A stretch of DNA of 64,000 nt, taken from positions 91,576,001 through 91,640,000 of the forward strand of contig NC_086108.1 of assembly GCF_963921235.1 (NCBI RefSeq). Reading direction: 5' to 3'. Of the stretch, positions 12,053 to 24,013 are shown one piece after another; positions within the stretch are counted from its first letter, which is position 1; each line of letters starts with the position of its first letter. Source of the DNA: Mobula hypostoma. Its lineage: Eukaryota. The position numbers were made by a program, and so were the translations under genes. A model generated the notes under the pieces. That model was not told where the DNA came from, did not search any database, and worked only from the letters and a program-made list of their open reading frames with translations.

Positions 12053-13206
12053 GCTCCATTCTATGTTTGACCAGTTCTCCAGAAATGTCTCCAATAATAA
12101 TCAGTTATTGTCTCCCCACAGATGCTACTGGTATCTATCTGCTGAATATATCTGGCATTCACTTTGATTTAAATGATAACCATTACTGATACCGGCATAT
12201 TTTGAATTCAATATTTGTTTTTTTGTAAAATTGAACCATTAGTTGCTGGTAGTATGATATACATACATGTCTGCAGATACAAGATATCTCACATTACGAC
12301 AAAGCTGAGATCCATGCCTGTTCCTTAGAGAGCAAACCTTCAGCTCCATTTCCCCTCTATGTATTTCCCTGTACAGGTGACCTTTGGATGTTGCACCATG
12401 GTGGTAGCATCACTGGGAAATGATTTGTTGTGTAACTTTCTGTAGCATGAAGCTGTGTTATTTGTATATGCATCAAGGAACAAATTTCACTCCTTATGTT
12501 AAATTTTTGGGCTGTGATTTGTAAATTCTGTAAGGATTTTCAGTTACCAAAACAGCTGTAACATGGGGATTGCCCATATTTCAGTAATTCATGCACTAAC
12601 AAAATTAAAATTGTTAATGTATTTACTTACTTAAGAGCAGAAATCCTTGGTTGTCACGTCATTGTTTCAACATTGTCTTTGATTTTAAGGAAACATAAGG
12701 ATACAAATTTAAATCAGAACAGTAATTGTGTAGTGTGCATGACCAATACGAGCATCAGATTTTGATAATATTAATGGCCAGGCTTTATCAGCAAAATCTG
12801 CTATATGCCTTAGAATCTGCTATATGCCTTTTATCAGAATTAATTGCCAGATTGGAAGTATTATCAAGAAGAGTAGAATATGTTGTAATCTCACCTTAGG
12901 TGGAGGATACTTTCTCAGGATCCAGAGTGTTGATAAATTCAGCATTGAAAGCAATCATTATACCATGCATATATATTTGAAGATTAGTTTTTGTGGACGT
13001 TTGCAAAGAAAAACGAATTTCAGGATGTATATTGTATACATTTCTCTGACACTAAATGTACCCAGTGATACCTATTGAAACCTATTTGTCACAACCACAT
13101 GGAAACATTGAAGCACAAAGTGAAATGCATCATTAGTGTCACAAATGAGTATTGCCATGCTTCTAGTAACAACATAGTTTGCCCACAGCCTACTAACCCT
13201 AATCCG

Positions 13207-14589
13207 AACAACAGGAATTCTGCAGATGCTGGAAATTCAAGCAACATACATCAAAGTTGCTGGTGAACGCAGCAGGCCAATCAGCATCTATAGGAAGAGG
13301 CGCAGTCGACGTTTCAGGCCGAGACCCTTCATCAGGACTAACTGAAGGAAGAGTGAGTAAGGGATTTGAAAGCTGGAGGGGGAGGGGGAGATGCAAAATG
13401 ATAGGAGAAGACAGGAGGGGGAGGGATAGAGCCGAGAGCTGGACAGGTGATAGACAAAAGGGGATATGAGAGGATCATGGGACAGGAGGTCCGGGAAGAA
13501 AGACAAGGGGGGGGGGTGACCCAGAGGATGGGCAAGAGGTATATTCAGAGGGACAGAGGGAGAAAAAGGAGAGTGAGAGAAAGAATGTGTGCATAAAAAT
13601 GTGTAACAGATGGGGTACGAGGGGGAGGTGGGGCCTTAGCGGAAGTTAGAGAAGTCAATGTTCATGCCATCAGGTTGGAGGCTACCCAGACGGAATATAA
13701 GGTGTTGTTCCTCCAACCTGAGTGTGGCTTCATCTTTACAGTAGAGGAGGCCGTGGATAGACATGTCAGAATGGGAATGGGATGTGGAATTAAAATGTGT
13801 GGCCACTGGGAGATCCTGCTTTCTCTGGCGGACAGAGCGTAGATGTTCAGCAAAGCGGTCTCCCAGTCTGCGTCGGGTCTCACCAATATATAAAAGGCCA
13901 CATCGGGAGCACCGGACGCAGTATATCACCCCAGTCGACTCACAGGTGAAGTGATGCCTCACCTGGAAGGACTGTTTGGGACCCTGAATGGTGGTAAGGG
14001 AGGAAGTGTAAGGGCATGTGTAGCACTTGTTCCGCTTACACGGATAAGTGCCAGGAGGGAGATCAGTGGGGAGGGATGGGGGGGACGAATGGACAAGGGA
14101 GTTGTGTAGGGAGCGATCCCTGCGGAATGCAGAGAGAGGCGGGGAGGGAAAGATGTGCTTAGTGGTGGGATCCCGTTGGAGGTGGCAGAAGTTACGGAGA
14201 ATAATATGTTGGACCCAGAGGCTGGTGGGGTGGTAGGTGAGGACCAGGGGAACCCTATTCCTAGTGGGGTGGTGAGAGGATGGAGTGAGAGCAGATGTAC
14301 GTGAAATGGGGGAGATGCGTTTAAGAGCAGAGTTGATAGTGGAGGACGGGAAGCCCCTTTCTTTAAAAAATGAAGACATCTCCCTCATCCTAGAATGAAA
14401 AGCCTCATCCTGAGAGCAGATGCGGCGGAGACGGAGGAATTGCGAGAAGGGGATGGCGTTTTTGCAAGAGACAGGGTGAGAAGAGGAATAGTCCAGATAG
14501 CTGTGAGAGTCAGTAGGTTTATAGTAGACATCAGTGGATAAGCTGTCTCCAGAGACAGAGACAGAAAGATCTAGAAAGGGGAGGGAGGT
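13207..14589 (-). mobile_element. 5'-truncated Penelope-like retroelement (RT C-terminus + GIY-YIG endonuclease + terminal repeat), inserted into a SINE
   Basis: ORF 13636-14388: CKRNKCYTC...VIYCVRCSRCGLLYIGETRRRLGDRFAEH. Near-perfect 14-bp TSD CTAA(C/T)CCTAATCCG at 13193-13206 and 14599-14612. Confidence 0.92.
13304..13339 (-). ncRNA. Minimal type I hammerhead ribozyme motif in the Penelope terminal repeat
   Basis: Minus strand AGUC-CUGAUGA-AGGGUCUCGGCCU-GAAA-CG-UC-GACU: complete core, stem I AGUC/GACU, stem II, palindromic ACGU stem III, GUC cleavage triplet. Confidence 0.75.
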
Positions 14590-14612
14590 ACCTAATCCCT
14601 AATCCTAATCCG

Positions 14613-14780
14613 TATGTCTTTGGAATGTGGGAGCAGACTGGAGCACCCAGAGGAAAGGCACACAGTCACAGGGAGAACATCCAAACTCCTTACAGACAGA
14701 GGTGGAATTGAACGCTGATTGCTGATTACTGATTACTGCTGCTGTACGGTGTTGTGCTACCAGCCACACTATCGTGCCGT
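14613..14780 (-). mobile_element. tRNA-derived SINE (minus strand), split by the Penelope insertion
   Basis: Reverse complement of the SINE body seen at 36786-37090 and 46475-46620 (CTCTGGGTGCTCCAGT...CCCACATTCCAAAGAC). Confidence 0.65.
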
Positions 14781-15469
14781 ATAGAGACTCAATACTGACA
14801 GCGCAGTTGTGCTGAGAACCTGATGTATAAGCAATACCTTAATCGTAATTCTGGATTGCTGTGCCAAGAAATTAGATGCTGAGAATTTAGTGCAACCCCA
14901 AGCTACCCCTACTGTTGAGTTGGAAATCCGATGCAAACCACTGATATGCCTGCTGCTGTGCGCTTGCCAAACCAGAATACTTGGAGTCAGGACTCTGATC
15001 CAAATATCATCCCTTTTTGCTGCTAGGCACTACTGTGCCATAATAGACATTGCATGAACCCTCATCTTCCCACACTGCTGCCGTTCTGAGAACCTGGGTG
15101 CAAAGGACCTAGCATTACTCCGGTAATAAACAGCCTATTGAAAGGCAATTTAAGAGGTCTAGCTACTTAACATGGAAATGTGGGTCATTGCTGGGAACAA
15201 TGGCTCTCTGTATTGACAGATTGCTCAAATTATTTGATGTCCTGGAAGCTCCACATGTAAAACGTAATGGAAGCTGTTGTCTACCCCTACTGCCACCCCC
15301 CTCCACACTTTTGATGACTGCACAGATCTATCCTTCCCAAAGTCTACTAAATGCCAAAAGGAGATAGTAGCTTCTAACATAACCAAGCAGAGGTGCTGAA
15401 GGAGATCATTTACAGTAAACAGTTAACCCATCAGCATGTCTTGGTTCTGCATCCCAAGAGTGGGAATTA

Positions 15470-17637
15470 GGAGTGCTTAGGATATGGCATTTTAGAGCAG
15501 CTTGTGGTTGAGCCAACTGGGGGAAAGGGAACTCTGGACTGGGCATTGTGTAATAAACCAGATTTTATTAGGGAGCTTAAGGTAAAGGAACCCTTGGGAG
15601 TCGGTGGTCATAACATGATAGAAATCACCCTGAAGTTTGAGACGGAGAAGATAGAGTCAGATGTATCTGTATTATGGAGAGGTAGGGGGAAATTACAGAG
15701 TCATGAGAAAGGAGCTTGCCAAAGTTGATTGGAAGAGGACAGTATCAGGGATGATCGCAGAACCAGGAATGGCTGGAATTTCGAAGGCAATTTGGAAGGC
15801 GCAAGATAGATAAATCCCAAAGATGAAGAAGTTGTTGTAAGGGGGTGTAGGGAGCAGACCCAAATGCAAGACACAGGCACTAAAGTACTAGGAACGGGAC
15901 AGGGTTTATCAAGAAAGCAAGGGTAATCAGGAAGAAACAACGCTGGACATGGACACAGGCCCTGGACAAGACACCGGGCCTGGGCTAGGACTAAGACTAG
16001 GAAAGCGGGACCAGGACAAGGAATTTGGAACTAGGAGCCTGGGCTAGGACTCCAAGCCAGAGACTGGACAGGGACCCGGAACCTGGGTCTTGACTCAGGC
16101 TTGGACCCCGGATCTAGGCGAGGACAAGACGTGGCTACAGGACTGGACATGGCTAGGCTACAGGACTGGACGTGGAACTCCTGCACAGGACGAGGCACAT
16201 GGACAGGACAAGAACACAAAGCCTTGACTTGGACAGGACGAGGTTCTTGGAGGTGGCTTGGACTAGACGAGGTTCTTGGACGTGGCTTGGACTAGATGAG
16301 AGACTCCTCGACTGGTTGAGGGATCTCCAGCACTGGACGAGGAACTCCAGCACAGGACATGGCTCTTGGACTAGGTGTGGCTCAATTCTTGGACTCAGCT
16401 TGATTAGGCTCTTGGGTACGGAGCTAGGACCCTCCTTGGAGTGCAGGGCCGGGACCCTCCTAGGACGTAGGGCCGTGATGACTGCCGAGGAAACTGTCAG
16501 GGATTAAGATGGGAAGGGGAAGGGAACAGTCCAGCAGGGAATCCTTCGTTTGCAGAGGTATTTATGTGCCAGCCCAAAATGAGAGTCAGAAGTCTCAATT
16601 AAGGCACCCAATGGAACAAGGGAAAACAGGAAAACCTGGAATAAGGATCGATGAACCGGACCATGAACCGGAATGTGGATTTCACGGACCGGACCATGAC
16701 AGAAGTATTCTCAAGGGAGGATGAATCAATCATGGCTGACAAGGGAAGTCAAAGGCAGCATAAAAGAAAAGAAAGGGCATTTAATATAGCAAAAATTAGT
16801 AAAAAGTTAGAGGATTGGGAAGCTTTTAAAAACCAATAGAAAGCAACTAAAAAACCATAAGGAGAGAAAAGATGAAATATGAAAGCAGGCTAGCAAATAA
16901 TATTTTCTAAATGGGGAGAAAATTAAATCTGAGGTGCAAAGTGACTTGGGAGTCCTCATGCAGGATTCCCTAAAGGTTAATTTGCAGGTTGAGTCAGTAG
17001 CGAGGAAGGCAAAAGCAATTTTAACATTCACTTTGTGAAGACTAGAATATAAAAACAAGGATGTAATGCTGAAGCTTTATAAGGCATTGGTCAGACTACA
17101 CATGGAGAATTGAGAGCAGTTTTGGGCCCCTTATCTAAGAAGAGGTGTGCTGGCATTAGAGAGGGTCCAGAGGAGGTTCACAAGAATGATTCCAAGACTG
17201 AAAGGATTAACATGTGAGGAATATTTGATGGCTCTTTGCCTGTACTTGCTGGAGTTTAGAAGAATGAGGGAGGATTTCATTGAAACCTATTAAATATTGA
17301 AAAGTCTGGATAGGATGAATGTGGGAAGATATTTTCTATAATGGATGAGTCTAGTACCAGAGGGCACAGCATCAGAATAGAGGGATATCCATTTAGGAGC
17401 AATTTCTTTGGCCAAACAGTGGTGAATCTATGGCATTTGCTGCCACAGATAGCTGAGGCGGCCAAGTCAATAAGTATATTTAAAGCGGAGGTTGATAGGT
17501 TCTTGATTAGCCATGGCATCAAAGGTTACGGGAGAAGGCAGGACAATGGGACCTGAGATGGATAATAAATCAGCCATGATAAAATGGCAGAGCAGACGAC
17601 GGCTGAGTGGCCCAATTCTTCTCCTTCTTGTTATGTC
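15470..17637 (+). mobile_element. Decayed, internally deleted CR1 LINE interrupted by a solo LTR
   Basis: Endonuclease remnant (TLDWALCN...VKEPLG...HNMIEI), C-terminal TRGHS...VVNLW motifs and a CR1-like 3' UTR. Confidence 0.8.
15833..16701 (-). mobile_element. Solo LTR (869 bp) with internal GACTGGAC/GGCTAGGAC-type repeats
   Basis: TG...CA termini (TGTTGTAA...CATGACA) with a perfect 5-bp TSD GAAGT (15828-15832, 16702-16706). Removing it restores the CR1 sequence. Confidence 0.8.
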
Positions 17638-17919
17638 TTTGGAGACTAAAAAAGGTATCCAGTTTTCTTTCTTTTGTTTGGAAAAAAGCTGGAATACCCA
17701 ATGGACATTCAATAAAGACCCACGTGGGAAAACATGCAAGTTCCACAGGTAGCAGAGATTATGATCCATCCTGGATTCCTGCAGCCAGGAGGCTGCTGCA
17801 TCAACAACTATACTACCACACCAATGTAATTCATCTGTAATACAACTTTTATGCATTATAGCTGTTTTCTCCTCAAAGGTCTACTTTGACTGCAACTGCA
17901 TGCTTACTACACTTTAGAC

Positions 17920-17998
17920 CAGGGGTTCCCAACCTTTTTTATACCATGGACCAATGCTATTAAGCAGGAGTACATGGACCCCAGGTTGGGAACTTCTG
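17920..17998. mobile_element. 79-bp hAT MITE
   Basis: TIRs CAGGGGTTCCCAACC / GGTTGGGAACTTCTG. Degenerate 8-bp TSD CTTTAGAC / CCTTAAAC. Confidence 0.7.
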
Positions 17999-18599
17999 CC
18001 TTAAACTCTTTTGATGACTCTACAAACCATCATTTTTAACATATCTTTCCAATGCAGAATAATTTATTGGTCACTGATTTCCATGAAGTGTATAGGAGCC
18101 AGGAAGATTAATAATATAAAAGCAGCAGAATATGCTTTCATTACATTTAAGATATTACATTGTGTTGCACTTTGTTTCAATTATACTCATAGAAAATTCT
18201 TCTGATGATGCAATGAAGTTTCACTAGATCTGGAAATGGTAGTGCATGGTAATTGAATTAGTGTTCTGAGATGTATAGCTAAAGGTATATATTGAGCACA
18301 GATTGCTCACCAAAGGACAGAATTTTAAAATTATTGCATAACTCTGAAGCTTAAGTGAAGCTCTCATCTAAAAATGCTGATATGCATCTTTTGCTAGCTT
18401 CTGAGTCTTTGTCAACATCCTGCTGTGTCCTTTTCCAGCATCAATTCTAAGGTTAGTCTCTTCACACAGCAAAGCTGTACGGAATATATCAGAAAATAAT
18501 TATCTTGGAGATTCCAAGCTGAATGTTTTTGTGCTAACTAAATATTTGACACACTGCTTCAAGAAGCTAATACTATTTGTTTAGTAACTATGCATATTT

Positions 18600-19555
18600 A
18601 GCTTTACTGGCGACACCACTGTCGCTGGCGGATTCAAAGGTGGTAACAAATCAGCATGTGGGAGGGAGACTGAAAATCAGGCTGAGTGGTGCCACAACAA
18701 CAACCTCTCACTCAGTGTCAGCAAGACCAAGAAGCTGATTATTGGCTACAGGAGGAGGAAACCAGAGGTTCAATCCATGAGCCAGTCCTCCTCAGGGGAC
18801 CAGAGTTGGAGAGGGTCAGCAAGTTTAATTTTTCAGTATTATCGGGTCGGAAAAACTGTCCTGCGTCCAGCACGTAAGTGCAATTATGAAGAAAGCATGG
18901 CAGCACCTTCTGTTTTTTGAAAGGTTGAAGAGATTCAGCAAGTCATCTAAAACTTTGACAAAATGCCATAGATGTATGGTGCCTTTGAACAGAAAATCCT
19001 ACAAAAAATAGTGGATATGGCTCAGTGCATCATGGGTAAATACCTCCCCACCATTGAGCATATCTACTAGGAGGGCTGTCTCAGGAAAGCAGCATCGATC
19101 ATCAAGACCTCCCCTACCAAGGCTATGCTCTCGCCTTGCTGCTACCATCAGGAAGAATGTACAGGAGCCTCAGGTCCCACACCACTGGGTTCAGGAACAG
19201 TTATTACCCCTCAACCGTCAGGCTTTTCAACCAGAGGGGATAACTTCACTCGTCCCACTACTGAACTGCTTCCACAACCTATGGACTCACTTCCAAGGAC
19301 TCTTCATCTCACGTTCTCGATATTTATCACTTATTTATTTATTATTATTATTCTTTTCTTTGTTTTCTTTTTGTATTTGCACACTTTGTTGTCTTTTGCA
19401 CATTGGTTGTTTGTACTGTTGGGTGCAGTCCTTCATTGATTCTATTGTGTTTTTTGTATTTACTGTGAATGCCCTCAAGAAACCGAATCTTAGGGCTGTA
19501 TGTGGCGACATATATGTACTTTGATAATACATTTATTTTGAACTTTGAACTTTGA
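18600..19555 (+). mobile_element. Rex/L2-type LINE 3' fragment
   Basis: W.HNNNLSLSVSKTKKLI-like RT C-terminal segment and a (TTGAAC)n tail. Related pieces at ~39700-40120 and ~58880-59370. Confidence 0.75.
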
Positions 19556-19964
19556 TGGCTTCATTCCAATTTGCTTTGAAAGTGATTTAGCTTTGTCAAG
19601 ACATAGGCTGAAGAACGCTGCCTTGGTGGGTGAAAGGAGAAGGTAACAAATATTTTTATATGCCAGACTGATGGAAAAACAGACATGTTTTTCATATTCT
19701 GCCATATTTCACATTTAAATTAATGACCAAAATTCCATGGGATGCTCCATAAATTGACAGTCTAAATGTACCTATTCTCTTTAGCAAGGTAAGCTTAAAG
19801 CAATCCATTATCTCTGAGGAGCTATATGAAGGCCCCAGAGCTTAGTATTACTGTCTAATTGCTTGGATGGATAGATGTATGGAACATGTTGAGTGTATGA
19901 ATATTTCAAAAATTGTGTAGTGGATAGAATTTTCTGATCCCAACTGTTTTTAAAAGCATAAGAA

Positions 19965-22330
19965 ATAGAAAAAGGAGTAGGCCATCTTGACACTCATCTA
20001 TGCTCTGCCATTCAATAAGGTCATGGTGATCTTTTCTCCCAGTGCCACTTCCCCGTATGCTCCTATGATTACGGGAATCTCTTGATTCCCATCATATATA
20101 AAAAAGTTATCAATCTCTGTCTTGACTATACTGACTGACTGAGCCTCCACAACTACCTTAGGAAGCAAATTTCATGTATTTGCTTCCTTAGGTAAAGAGA
20201 CTAAGCCTGCACAATATTGCTGATACAGTTTCACTTGCACTCTAAATAATTGGAGCCTATCATCTCTATTCTGGTCCTTAATTTTGATTACAGTAAAGGC
20301 CAATATATTGTTTGTTGAGTTTGCTCAATTACTCAATTGCTCATAAAGTCAAATGGCACAGAAACAGCCCTTCAACACATACTGGTAATATGTCACCACA
20401 AAATACTCTGCAGATGCTGGGGCCAAAGCAACACTCACTACACGCTGGAGGAACTCAGCAGGTCGGGCAGCATCCGTGGAAACGATCAGTCAAAATTTCG
20501 TGCCAGAATCCTTCCTCAGGACTGAAGAGGGAAGGGGTTGAATTCCTCTAGCATGTTGTGACCGGTAATATGTCCATGGCAGCTAACAAGTGCCTTTCTA
20601 TGTTAATCCCATTTTCCAGTATTTGGCCAATAGCCTTCTATGCCATGGGGTTTTAGCGTTTGGCAAAATATTTTTTAATTTTCTGAAAATACTCCCTCCA
20701 CTACTCCTTAAAGGAGTAACCACATTTGGTTGAAAAAAAATTTTCTTCAAATGCTCTCTTCATCTCTTTCTCATTACCTTATCTCTTGGTCATAGAAAAC
20801 TTTGCTAAGGGAAAAAGTTCCTCACAGTCTTCTCTATCTGTGCCCTTCATAATTTTATTTACCTCAGTCAAGCTTCTCCTCTCATTCTTTTTCAATCCAA
20901 ATGAAAAAAGAAACAGGTTATCCAGTCTCTCCTCGTGACTGAAATTCTCCACTTCAGGCAAAAATCGCCTCCCTTCCTTGTGAAAAGTAACTTTTTCCAA
21001 TGTTTTGGTGACTAAAACGGCACACAGTACTCCAGCTGTGGTTGAGCTAATGTTTTAAAATATTGTACCATGACCTCCCTTGCTCTTTTAGTCTATATTC
21101 CAACTAATGAAGGCAATACTCTGGATTTCTCCTTTACCACCTTATCTACAATCTGTGCTGTTGCCTTTAGGAATCCTTTGACATGTGCACCAAGATCTTT
21201 ATTGTGCCTGAGTACTTATTATGGATCTATTATTCCCTGGGTATGTCCTAACCTTATTATCCCCCCACAATGTAACATCTCCCTATTTTCATGATTAGCT
21301 TCCTTCTGCCCATCGCACCAATTGATCAATTCCTCTGTAGCCAAATGCTACCTTCAACACTAGCCCCAAGCAATAAAGATTTCCACACCAGTCTTCAAGA
21401 TTTAACACTGGTCAAAAGTTTTCAAATCAAAAAGACACCCCTCAACCATTACCCTTCCTTTCCTCTTACCACATCAATTTCAAATGCAGTTTTCTATGTT
21501 ATCCTGGATTCCGTGGGCTCTTAACTTTCAAATTCCCATGTGGAACATAGTCCAAGTCCTAACAAGCGTGGCCTGTAATACAGAGGGATGGTTGCATTTC
21601 GAGAAAGTGGTCCATAATGATAAGCTAAGTCCTCTGCACCTTTGCCAAGAAGCACAAGCTGTAAAATAATGAATTATGTGTTGATTTATTTACTACTTTT
21701 GCATACAAAATCTGTGAGAGTGTATTTAAACTATATCTCAAAATTTTGTGTCGTGATTTATGAATTCCATAAAGATGAATTTCCATTTCCCAAATGGTTG
21801 TAACACATAGGTATTGAAGTCCGTGTTGGTGACATTGGCAGTGTCACCCCCACTATATTTCATATTGGTCAGGCAGGATCTTCCTTTAATAAAGGTATGC
21901 TGACCCATGGCTCTCTGCTAACCAAGTGCTGATTAATTTTTCTCTCAGAAATTATACAAATGATTTCCCTATCACTGGTGTGAGGTTCACCAGCCTGTAA
22001 TTAACTAGATTTTCACTGCTGTTTCTTGAATAAAGGCACCTGATTGACTGTCCTTCAATAATTTGGCACCTCCTATGGTCTGAGAATATTTGAAAATTTC
22101 TGTCAGAGTGGGTTTTATCCATCCTACTCCTAACTCATAACCTTTCTACTTTTCAACTGAAAATTTGCTCTAACATTTCACTTGTCCCCTTTTGTGTTCT
22201 TCAACTACAATGTCCTCCTTCATTGTGAATACAGATGAGAAATATCACCTTTGTCTTCCAGCCCCATTCACTTCCATTCCGATTTTCAACCCCAATCACC
22301 ATCCCTTGGTTAGCCTTTTAGAGCAAAGAC
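19965..22330 (-). mobile_element. Several old minus-strand CR1 fragments
   Basis: Inverted CR1 3' ends (CATAAGAAATAG...GGAGTAGGCCAT; GAAACAGCCCTTC) and reversed ORF2 motifs (CACAGTACTCCAGCTGTGG; CTGGTGTGAGGTTCACCAGCCTGTAATT). Confidence 0.65.
20395..20560 (-). mobile_element. Short non-autonomous Penelope-tail element with 14-bp TSD
   Basis: TSD AC(T/C)GGTAATATGTC at 20381-20394 and 20561-20574. Body is the Penelope terminal repeat with a degenerate hammerhead plus a short inverted remnant. Confidence 0.7.
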
Positions 22331-24013
22331 AACATGACAATAATGTCATGTAACAGCAAGGATTTCTGCTCCAAGTAAACAGTTTAATTACAAAATACAA
22401 ATTTTTGTTGCACATGAATAATAAAAGGAGCAATACGTATACACTATATGAGAATACAGACTGAAGAAGGAAAAACAATATGACAAATTAGTGGCATGTC
22501 TGGCAGAGCTAAACCAGGTACTGGTGTATCAGCAACTGACTAGGACCAAAGGAATATTGATTGGAACTCAGGTCTGAGAAGGGAAATGGGTTCGAATGAA
22601 GAACTGCAATCACATAAATGATAGAACCTGGAATTTTTAACATAAAAATTAAACCGCTTTTAGGTCTTAGGACTCCTCTATAATTGGTTAACTTCATCTG
22701 GTGCATAGGCCATCTCAGTCCTTCTCATCCATCTGGTAAAACAAGAGTGAATTTTTGTTTGGATCATTGGAGTCCCGATTTCCATTTATCAAAAATGACT
22801 TCAATATTCTTAAGTGGGTATTCTTACAGCTGCTGAAATGTTAAAGATTAAAGATCATGGAAAGAAAGGAGTACATCAATAATTTATCACATTTTGTTTC
22901 TGCCAAGTTAGCAGAATTTAAATCTTCTTTAGCTACATCCATAATTTTGAAGTACATATTTTGCATCAAGTTCAACAACATCCCATGGCAACACGGATTT
23001 AAGAGGCTGTCAATTGACCTACTGCTTTTCCTGAGGACTATTGAATATGCAGAACTGTTTTATTCACTGGTGTCTATTTGGCCTGCATGCATCTTGACCA
23101 TTACCAACCATTAATTACCTTCAATACCATAAAGCTTTGATGTAACCAATTCGAAGTAAATTCTCTGAAGTATTTTACAAGAAAGATGAAAAGCGTGTCT
23201 CTGCAGAATGTGAATGCAACACTGACAATTTTATGGGCTCTTCAATACAATTAACAATGTTCACAGGTCATAAGCTTTGATCTCCATTTTCAGCAAACCA
23301 TGGTGTAAACTTACACGCTTTAGCATTGATTGCTGAAGGCTAATTTTGTGGCATGATCAATAACTATCATCTTTGATCTGATAATCCTAATGCCCACAAC
23401 ATGGTTCCCTCATTCATTTCCTGCAGCAAGTAATTATCCTGAGAGACCAGAGAAATTCATTAATTCTTAGACTCAGCATTTTGCACTGAAGATCATAGTA
23501 AAAGTGACAATTCAATTAGAGAATGTGATAAAGGAAAAGACAAAACCCCCTTAAGTGGTCTGGACCTTGAGTGTAAAAAGTTGAGATGTCACATTCCAGT
23601 TGTATACAACATTGTTTAGACCACATTTAGAGAATTATGCACTTCTGCTTGTGACGTTACAGAAGAATATGAAGATTTTGGAGAAGATGCAAACGTAGAT
23701 TACCAGGATATTGCCTGGATTGGGGAGCATTAACTGTAAGGAGAAGTTAGTCAAACATGGATTATTTTCTCTGGCGTGTCAGAGGATGAGGGGCAACCTG
23801 ATAAAAATATATTAAATGTTGAGAGGCATAGGTAGCGAAGGTGGTTGGAGTATGTTTCCTCGGATAGAAATATCAGACAATAGAGGGCATTGTTTCAAGG
23901 TGAGAGGTGGGGGAGTTGAAGGAGATGAGTGAGGCAAGTTTCTTTTATACAGAGAGTGACAGGTGCCTGAAACATACTACCAGGGAAAGTAATGATATCA
24001 ACATTTAAGAGGG

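Noticed and set aside
12795..12830. Short tandem duplication AATCTGCTATATGCCTT x2 (similar ones at ~43985 and ~55958)
   Set aside because: Ordinary local slippage duplications with no further structure.
14590..14612. Telomere-like CCTAAT repeats at a Penelope junction
   Set aside because: Explained by the TSD plus short slippage of the target (CTAACCCTAATCCG). Not a (CCCTAA)n array.
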